Both the position numbers and the translations under genes were made by a program. From Candidatus Pacearchaeota archaeon UBA92 (GTDB lineage Archaea > Nanobdellota > Nanobdellia > Pacearchaeales > GW2011-AR1), in assembly GCA_002497285.1 (NCBI GenBank), contig DANJ01000026.1:1-50025 (forward strand): a DNA stretch of 50,025 bases, read 5' to 3'. This document shows, one piece after another, positions 43,831 through 50,025 of this stretch (the stretch's first letter is position 1; every line of letters begins with the position of its first letter). Below the pieces are notes generated by a model. The model was not told the origin of the DNA and did not search any database. It saw only the letters and a program-made list of their open reading frames with translations.

Positions 43831-44320
43831 TTTGTACCTCTTTTATTATTACAAAAAAGAAATTCTGTCCTTCTCTCAGATTGAAGTCGTAAGAAATTTC
43901 ATTGATACTCACACTAACATCATTTTCTGACAGGATAACATTAGCCTTTTTTTCAGTTCTTCTGTTTATGTTTATTTCTTTTACCATTCCAGTATCCAAA
44001 CCAATACTTCCAACTCTATTTTCTTCAAATCGCAATGCTTTATATCCTTCACCATTTCCATAAATAAAAATAACTTCATTTTGTCCAATATAATCAGAAT
44101 ATTTGAATAGAAAATCCTCTGTAAGACTATCTATTTCTCTATCATTAAAAACGCCCCAATCAAGAACTTTTTTTGTTTCAAAGCCAACTTCTTTAGACAA
44201 ATCATAAAAAGTTCTCTGTTCATTTCCAACATTTATATAAGTAGCAACACCAGTTAATCCAGATATCACAACCACAACAATTATTGCAGCCATAATGAAA
44301 AATTGCCCTCTTTTATTCAT
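43805..44320 (-). CDS. Class III signal-peptide (type IV pilin-like) protein, first gene of the pilus operon
   Basis: ATG at 44320 gives MNKRG/QFFIMAAIIVVVVISGLTG. The track ORF's extra 44 N-terminal codons (to 44452) are read-through into the SRP RNA gene. Confidence 0.7.
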   Translation of the reverse strand: MNKRGQFFIMAAIIVVVVISGLTGVATYINVGNEQRTFYDLSKEVGFETKKVLDWGVFNDREIDSLTEDFLFKYSDYIGQNEVIFIYGNGEGYKALRFEENRVGSIGLDTGMVKEININRRTEKKANVILSENDVSVSINEISYDFNLREGQNFFFVIIKEVQNERFVATG

Positions 44321-44348
44321 TTTTCTCGCTAACTTTAAGAGGAAGATG

Positions 44349-44357
44349 TTTTTAAAT
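44349..44357 (-). promoter_or_regulatory. TATA box of the pilus operon
   Basis: Minus-strand gagATTTAAAAAcat is centred ~33 nt upstream of ATG 44320, just after the T-rich end of the SRP RNA gene. Confidence 0.4.
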
Positions 44358-44380
44358 CTCACTGCAAAGCAGAATAAAGC

Positions 44381-44637
44381 GTAGACGGGGAGTTTGCTCA
44401 ACGTTAGCAAGTTAGCAACCTTCAAGCCTTTCTCAGTACTGCGACCCTGCAAGCACCCAAACTCTTGCTTAGGGCTGCTCCATTCCTGGTCTGACCCATT
44501 TCACAGGAGTCGAGTCGAACAGGACAATACCTCAACGTCCAGCTGAAGACCAACAGACCTCTGTATTACTCGCTCCTTTAAGCTCGCCATGAAGTCCGTT
44601 TGCGAATGGCGCAGGACTAACGCGCCGGCTCGTCTAC
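44381..44637 (-). ncRNA. ffs: Signal recognition particle RNA (7S/SRP RNA), compact ~257 nt
   Basis: Minus-strand GGGUCAGACCAGGAAUGGAGCAGCCCUAAGCAAG matches the universal helix 8 motif (GGUCAGGUCCGGAAGGAAGCAGCCAAGGCAG in E. coli 4.5S). The 5' GUAGACG pairs with 3' CGUCUAC. Alu-domain hairpin loops carry complementary AGUCC/GGACU. It is a GC-rich island with a TATA ~25 nt upstream and a T-rich tail. Confidence 0.85.
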
Positions 44638-44657
44638 ATAAACAAATGATAAAAGTG

Positions 44658-44666
44658 TTTTTTAAA
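44658..44666 (-). promoter_or_regulatory. BRE/TATA promoter of the SRP RNA gene
   Basis: Minus-strand gtAAAGTTTAAAAAAcac. The TATA centre is ~25 nt from the predicted 5' G at 44637. Confidence 0.5.
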
Positions 44667-44687
44667 CTTTACTAATCCTAGAATTCC

Positions 44688-44882
44688 TTACCACTCTTCT
44701 TCATTACCATTTATCTGATCCTTAATTTTTTTTAATTCGCCACTAGTCTTTCTTATCTCACTTCTTAGTATTTGTCTTGGCCTAGTAACCGCAACTAAGA
44801 TAAGAACTAAAAATATTAATCCAAATAACATCGCACTCACCACTAACAAACTTTCTATAACCATTAAGACTATAAAATTCAC
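44688..44882 (-). CDS. Small hypothetical membrane protein (64 aa or shorter)
   Basis: Single TM plus a charged tail. It has a GTG start in the track with an internal ATG alternative. It lies downstream of argS. Confidence 0.35.
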   Translation of the reverse strand: MNFIVLMVIESLLVVSAMLFGLIFLVLILVAVTRPRQILRSEIRKTSGELKKIKDQINGNEEEW

Positions 44883-44932
44883 CCCTTTTTAACCTTTGTT
44901 GTTATGAAAAAGAATAATTATCCGACGATAAT

Positions 44933-46618
44933 TTACATTTTAGGAATAACATTAATGCCAAGAAGCCAAAGTGAGTTCTTTAACGTCTGACTGAAAGAAT
45001 CAACCAGTTTTAATCTGAATTGCTCCTGTTCAGAACCAATTACCTGACAACTATGATAAAACTCATTAAATGTTCTTGCTAATCCATAAGCATAATGGGC
45101 AATTACACTTGGATTCAATCCATTATAGGATTCAATAACTATTTCAGGAAGTCTTCCTATTTCACCAATAAGCCTTTTTTCTGAATCCTCGATCTCGGTT
45201 ATTTTAAACTTTTTTTGTTTCTTATAATTCGCTTTTTTTAAAATACTCAATGCACGAGCGTAGCTATAAAGCAAATAAGGCCCAGTATCACCCTCAAATT
45301 TAATCTCCTCTTTAGGATTAAATATTATATTTTTATTAACATCCTGTTTTAACAGAGAATATTTAATCGCAGCGATTGATATTGCTAAAGCCCTATCAAA
45401 GATTTCTGCCCCATCTAGTTCTTTATATCTCTTTTCAACCTCTTTCGAAGCATAATTTACAATTTGGCTTTTAAAATCAGAGTAAATAACATTATCTCCA
45501 CTTCTAGAGCTCATCTTGCCCCAAGGGAACCTTATTTCAGTCACAGGAACATATTCTAAATCATTGCTATGTTCAAACTTCATCATCTTTAAAATTTCAA
45601 AAATCTGATGAATATGCAAGTCTTGTTCCTTTCCAATCACATAAATCGATTTCTTCAAGTTATAATCTTTAAATTTCTTCTTAGCAAGTGAAATATCTTT
45701 TGCCCCATATAAAACAGTTCCATCCTTTCTAAGAAGCACAATTACACCCATGTTTTTGCTATATTTCTTAAAATTGACGATTGTCGCGCCTTCAGAAACC
45801 TCGGCAATCTTATTTTTTACAAGGCTACTTGCTATTTCTTTACCTGCCTTCTCAAACTCGCTTTCAAAATAATGCACATCAAATTTAGTATTTAATTCAT
45901 GATAAATCTTATTCCAAGAAGAAATAGAAAGCCTTCTAGTTTCTTTCCATAAATTATTCAAATCTTTATCATCTCCTAAGTCCAATTTTTTATTAATCCC
46001 ATCAACTTCTTTCTGCAAATCTTCATTTTTTTCTAGTCTCTTTACCGCATCAACATAAATATCAGCAAACCATTTTTCATTATCAATTATTTTTTCTTTA
46101 GAATGGTATTTTCTATAACACCATAACCATTTAGCGATATGCATGCCTGTATCCCCTGAATAATTCGCCCTTATAGCCTTCCCACCAGAAAATTCTATTA
46201 TTCTAGCAATACTCTCTCCCAAACTAGTTCCTCTGACATGACCAAAATGAAAAGCCTTATGAGTATTTGGCTGAGAAAATTCAATCATTATAGTTTCTTT
46301 CTTAGGTTTACCAGAACCGTACTTGTTTCCTTTTTTTGCAACGTTATCTATAACTTCTCCAGCTAGTTTTTTTCTATCAACAAAAAAATTTACATACGCT
46401 CCAGAAGCTTCAATCCTCTCAAAATCTTTCCCTTTCTTAGTCTTGGAAGCTATATCTCTCGCAATTTCAATAGGATTTTTCTTTAATTTTTTAGCTAACA
46501 AGAAGCATGGAAACGCATAGTCTCCCATATTAGAATCCTTGGGAACTTCTATAACACCTTCTAATATTTCTTTATCCAACCCTGTAAACTTCAAAAGATT
46601 AACAATTTTTCTTTTCAT
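44933..46618 (-). CDS. argS: Arginine--tRNA ligase
   Basis: HIGH-type FHFGHVRG, the DALR anticodon-binding region and a terminal ...IPKM typical of ArgRS. The ATG at 46618 (MKRKIVNLL) is preferred. Confidence 0.9.
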   Translation of the reverse strand: MKRKIVNLLKFTGLDKEILEGVIEVPKDSNMGDYAFPCFLLAKKLKKNPIEIARDIASKTKKGKDFERIEASGAYVNFFVDRKKLAGEVIDNVAKKGNKYGSGKPKKETIMIEFSQPNTHKAFHFGHVRGTSLGESIARIIEFSGGKAIRANYSGDTGMHIAKWLWCYRKYHSKEKIIDNEKWFADIYVDAVKRLEKNEDLQKEVDGINKKLDLGDDKDLNNLWKETRRLSISSWNKIYHELNTKFDVHYFESEFEKAGKEIASSLVKNKIAEVSEGATIVNFKKYSKNMGVIVLLRKDGTVLYGAKDISLAKKKFKDYNLKKSIYVIGKEQDLHIHQIFEILKMMKFEHSNDLEYVPVTEIRFPWGKMSSRSGDNVIYSDFKSQIVNYASKEVEKRYKELDGAEIFDRALAISIAAIKYSLLKQDVNKNIIFNPKEEIKFEGDTGPYLLYSYARALSILKKANYKKQKKFKITEIEDSEKRLIGEIGRLPEIVIESYNGLNPSVIAHYAYGLARTFNEFYHSCQVIGSEQEQFRLKLVDSFSQTLKNSLWLLGINVIPKM

Positions 46619-46683
46619 TTTAATAATTAACAAGCACAATTAATAAACCTTTTTCTATGAATTAAACAATAAATAAAAAAGAA

Positions 46684-48372
46684 TCACTTCTTTCTAACGA
46701 AGTAAACAACAACTGCAATTACTGCTATTAGGAGGATTATTATTCCTATCCACGCTCCTGAAGACAATCCACTACTTCCTGTTGAAGTTTCTCCACTAGC
46801 TTCTCCTCCAACCTTGCTTTCTTCTTTAGCTTTTTCTTCTGTAGTACTTACTACTTCATGAATAGGCGATACCTTCACCATTGCCTTAGCAGAGGCTATA
46901 GATCCCAGAGTAACACTCATATCGTAAAATCCATCTCCATCAACATCAAACTTCTTTACATCTCCGACATTAAATGTATATTCTTGAGGAGTACTCGCAA
47001 TCTCTATAACTGCACTAGTTCCAGTAAGACTCTTAACCCCAACATAGTGTTCTTCTCCAGCAACCTTAAGTCTCATTCTCTGTTTAGCACCTAAATCTCT
47101 GCTTACACTTCCGAGAACACTAAGCTCTTTACTATCATCCGCATAAGTGCTTGTCCATGTTCCAGAAGAACTACTTGATTCTGAACCCCCACTAGCCCCA
47201 TCACTCGAACATGAATCCGTAGAGAATGTACCCGCCACATTAACCCCTGCATTTGCTGCTCTATCAACACAATTAATTGTATAAGAATAAGAGGTTCCAC
47301 ACAACAATCCTGTCTGAGTTATCTGCTGAGCAACATCTGAAGACCGAACCACTGTCGCCTCACTGTTATCTAAACTACAAGTTCCATTAACTCCTGCAGT
47401 AGAATCACTAACCGCAATATCAATGACCAACTGTGTTTTTGTACTTGCAGTATTTCTTGTTAATGTATATGTAGGTGCAACAGTATCTATAGTAACATTT
47501 CTCATCACAGTAACATTATGGTCATCCTGTGTATTATTTACAGTAACGTTGTAATAGTATATTCCATCAGGAACCGAAGACGTACTCGAAGCAGAGCTAA
47601 GATTGAAGAAATGAACTCCTGCACCATTAGCACCCGCCGCATTTGCCAACACAGTTGTATTAGTCAAAAACACTTTACCACTTGAATTATAAAATAAGAA
47701 ACTAACATTAGAATAAGTTTCATTTCCTGTAATTGTTATATTAACAGGTATTTCTGCAATATTTCTATATCCTCCACTTCCAATACTAGGGGCAGTGAAT
47801 GTCATTAGCCAAGTATCATTTATGTTAAGAGTTATATTGTAATTCATTTCTGAAGTACCATTACCTCCTGCAATAGTGTTGTTGTAAGCAACAATACTTA
47901 TATTCAATCCCTTCCCAGGAGAATTTGTTGTGATATTAAACCAAAAGTTCTTCTTATTAGAATCCCCTGCAGCCAATGAAAGTCCACTAAAGTTTAAAGT
48001 GTGGTTTGGCGAACCAATTATAGGAGAAGTCAAAATCACTGAGTCAAACTGAACCGTACCTGTACCACCAGAGGAGTTAACGGCATTAGTTCCTATACTA
48101 CTATTGTCTGCAAAAGAATAATTAACTAATCTATCCAACACTATATAAATTTGAGGGGTGTAGTTAGCTCCACCAGTCAAACTACTATTCAAAGTTATAT
48201 TAAGTGTAGGATTTGTATCATCAAGAACAGTAAATGTCTGATTTGTCTGTCCACCAACAGTCGTTGCCCCAATACTTGCAAATACAAAACTCATTAAAAA
48301 TAGAACTGACAAAGTCAGAGAAAATACCAACGCGCTATACAACGCAGTTTTAGCCTGTTTATTTATCACCAT
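46684..48372 (-). CDS. S-layer-like surface glycoprotein candidate with C-terminal TM anchor
   Basis: Signal peptide, ~27 N-x-S/T sequons by hand count in the first ~330 aa, S/T/G-rich stalk, terminal WIGIIILLIAVIAVVVYFVRKK. Confidence 0.7.
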   Translation of the reverse strand: MVINKQAKTALYSALVFSLTLSVLFLMSFVFASIGATTVGGQTNQTFTVLDDTNPTLNITLNSSLTGGANYTPQIYIVLDRLVNYSFADNSSIGTNAVNSSGGTGTVQFDSVILTSPIIGSPNHTLNFSGLSLAAGDSNKKNFWFNITTNSPGKGLNISIVAYNNTIAGGNGTSEMNYNITLNINDTWLMTFTAPSIGSGGYRNIAEIPVNITITGNETYSNVSFLFYNSSGKVFLTNTTVLANAAGANGAGVHFFNLSSASSTSSVPDGIYYYNVTVNNTQDDHNVTVMRNVTIDTVAPTYTLTRNTASTKTQLVIDIAVSDSTAGVNGTCSLDNSEATVVRSSDVAQQITQTGLLCGTSYSYTINCVDRAANAGVNVAGTFSTDSCSSDGASGGSESSSSSGTWTSTYADDSKELSVLGSVSRDLGAKQRMRLKVAGEEHYVGVKSLTGTSAVIEIASTPQEYTFNVGDVKKFDVDGDGFYDMSVTLGSIASAKAMVKVSPIHEVVSTTEEKAKEESKVGGEASGETSTGSSGLSSGAWIGIIILLIAVIAVVVYFVRKK

Positions 48373-48536
48373 CTTTTAAAACAACTTTTATGTCTTACGT
48401 AAAACTCTTGTATTTATAAATCTTTCTCTGACTGAGACTAATAAAAAATATTCTCTAAGTATTTCTCGTCGAGAAAACAGACTAATATCATTTTTATTAA
48501 ATTATAACAACAGAACAAGAATTATTTTTGTCTATA

Positions 48537-48544
48537 TTTATAAA
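48537..48544 (+). promoter_or_regulatory. TATA box upstream of tRNA-Thr
   Basis: tttataaa. The predicted TSS near 48567 would give a ~37-nt leader that includes the tRNA-5'-half-like fragment. Confidence 0.4.
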
Positions 48545-48603
48545 CCTTCCAATTATAGTCTCCTTGACTACCAGAGTGCCTCTATAGCTTAGTGGTTAAT
48601 GTT

Positions 48604-48677
48604 GCTTCCGTAGCTCAGTTGGTCAGAGCGCCGCACTCGTAATGCGGAGGTCCCGAGTTCAATCCTCGGCGGAAGCT
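48604..48677 (+). tRNA. tRNA-Thr (anticodon CGU), no intron, CCA not encoded
   Basis: Hand-folded cloverleaf: acceptor GCTTCCG/CGGAAGC, D arm GCTC-AGTTGGTCA-GAGC, anticodon arm CCGCA-CTCGTAA-TGCGG, T arm CCGAG-TTCAATC-CTCGG, discriminator T. Confidence 0.9.
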
Positions 48678-48741
48678 TACACTAATGCACTAGTAGTTCT
48701 GTAACATAAAAATATAAATATTGTCTTTTCGTATTATTCAT

Positions 48742-49719
48742 ATGAGCAGAATAATCTTTCACAATAGTAAACATTTAGAGATGTTCTTTAAGGATATCAA
48801 AGAGTCGTCTAATCTGCCTTGGAAGGAAATAGCAGACTATATTAGCACAAACAGATCCATGTTAGAAAACTACAAGAGAGGAAAAATCTCGCTCCCAGAA
48901 GTTAAATTTAACAGGCTATTAAATCTGATAAACAATCTGTCAAAAAGAAAAAATTATATGAATCAAATATTAAGAAAAAAGGAAAATTGGGGTCAAGTAA
49001 AGGGCGGTCTAAAAGCCTACACAATAAATAAAGAATATTTTGATTTAGGTCGAAATAAAGCAAATAAAAATAAAGGGGTAAAATATGAGTTTGACATAAA
49101 TATGCCTTTAACAGAGAGTTTATGCGAGTTTTTGGGAGTGATCATTGGCGACGGTTGCACAAACAAATATAGAAATCTTTATCAGACGCAAATTGCAGGA
49201 GATAAATTTCTAGATAATGAATATTATTTTAATAATCTTTCAGGCATATGCATGAAACTTTTTAATATTTCTCCTAAAATTACAGTCAGAGCGAGTGGGA
49301 TGTATGTTAATCTTTATTCTAAAAGAGTTTTTGAATTATTGACAAAGAGATTTAATATTCCTGCAGGAATTAAATGTTATACTGTTGAAATTCCTAAAGA
49401 AATTCTTAATTCTTCGCAAATCATGATTAATTATACTCTTAGAGGAATGTTTAATGCAGATGGAGGGGTGGGGTTTGACAAAAGACATTCCTACAAAAAA
49501 CCTTACGTTCGGATAAATTACACATCCACTAGTCACAGGCTAATAAGTCAGATTCACGATATTCTGCAGAAATATAAAATTTCACACTCGATTCATGGTA
49601 AAAAAGATTGCAAGGCAAAACAAATCCAAATAAACGGAGAAAAAAATGTAAAATTATTCATAAAGAAAATAGGTTTTTCTAATCCACGCCAGCTTAAGAA
49701 GTTAGAATATTTAAGGTAG
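48742..49719 (+). CDS. Free-standing LAGLIDADG homing-endonuclease-like protein with N-terminal HTH-like region
   Basis: Two LAGLIDADG motifs, FLGVIIGDGCTN and LRGMFNADGGVG, ~100 aa apart. The N-terminus WKEIADYISTNRSMLENYKRGKISLP resembles an XRE-type HTH. The ATG at 48742 is preferred over the TTG at 48721. Confidence 0.75.
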   Translation: MSRIIFHNSKHLEMFFKDIKESSNLPWKEIADYISTNRSMLENYKRGKISLPEVKFNRLLNLINNLSKRKNYMNQILRKKENWGQVKGGLKAYTINKEYFDLGRNKANKNKGVKYEFDINMPLTESLCEFLGVIIGDGCTNKYRNLYQTQIAGDKFLDNEYYFNNLSGICMKLFNISPKITVRASGMYVNLYSKRVFELLTKRFNIPAGIKCYTVEIPKEILNSSQIMINYTLRGMFNADGGVGFDKRHSYKKPYVRINYTSTSHRLISQIHDILQKYKISHSIHGKKDCKAKQIQINGEKNVKLFIKKIGFSNPRQLKKLEYLR

Positions 49720-50025
49720 GGTCGGGGGTCCAATTCCCTCCAGAGGCTTTTAATACACTGAGCGAAGGCGAAGTCTCTAGCCAATGGAGGTATGAGAACT
49801 TGTTCGAATAAACCGACGGATGCTTTTAATCCTTCCGCAAGAAATCCTTGGCTTTCAAGCCAATGAATGAATTGCGGTAATTATTTCTACTAAAATAAAT
49901 ATAAAACAGGGAGAGCAAGTTGTTGCTCCCTGAACAACATTTGTAGTGGTAGCTTTCTCACGTAAATAAACTTTGCGGAGCACGACAACGCGCTTCGCGT
50001 GGAGATAAAAATGGAAACACAGGTT

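Noticed and set aside
44321-44452. N-terminal 44 codons of track ORF 43805..44452.
   Set aside because: This part overlaps the SRP RNA gene, a GC-rich region without stop codons. The internal ATG at 44320 gives a textbook class III signal peptide with its own TATA box.
49795-49830. TTCGAAT (a T-loop-like heptamer) at ~49804, considered as part of another tRNA.
   Set aside because: The flanking 5-mers (ACTTG / AAACC) are not complementary, and no acceptor or anticodon arms could be folded on either strand.

Overview
This is a visibly AT-rich (roughly one-third G+C by eye, not computed), very gene-dense archaeal chromosome segment. The gene content includes exosome Rrp4/Rrp41/Rrp42, proteasome alpha and beta, Rpo6, Pop5, SBDS, aCPSF1, aRNase J, a class I CCA enzyme, Mre11-Rad50 and RtcB plus archease. 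TATA boxes often sit about 26 nt before start codons. Together with compact proteins and a heavy load of surface and pilus genes, this suggests a small-genome DPANN-like archaeon (inference). Layout: (i) 1-8.7 kb, minus strand: rps2-eno-rpoK plus the exosome/proteasome 'superoperon', interrupted by a frameshifted gene. (ii) 8.8-21.3 kb, plus strand: RNase J, Mtq2-like methylase, Mre11-Rad50, proteasome beta, aCPSF1, HAD, a presenilin-type protease, then an uncharacterised TrmB-centred gene set. (iii) 21.3-48.4 kb, mostly minus strand: a frameshifted Cys-rich secreted gene, the CCA enzyme and a GTPase/DUF2073-like/Zn-ribbon trio. These are followed by two giant Cys-rich PKD surface proteins and RtcB / PD-(D/E)XK nuclease / archease. 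Next comes an ~11 kb type IV pilus-like locus with seven class III signal-peptide proteins, two platform proteins and an ATPase split by a 485-aa LAGLIDADG intein. An ArmA/Rmt (FmrO)-type 16S rRNA methyltransferase homologue sits on the opposite strand inside that locus. A compact SRP RNA (hidden under a spurious ORF extension), ArgRS and a sequon-rich S-layer-like protein complete this part. (iv) 48.5-50 kb: tRNA-Thr(CGU), a free-standing HTH-LAGLIDADG gene flanked by complementary tRNA-half-like fragments, and GC-rich structured non-coding DNA. I saw no CRISPR array, rRNA, transposase or integrase. All family assignments rest on motifs read by eye and recalled family signatures; no database search was run.
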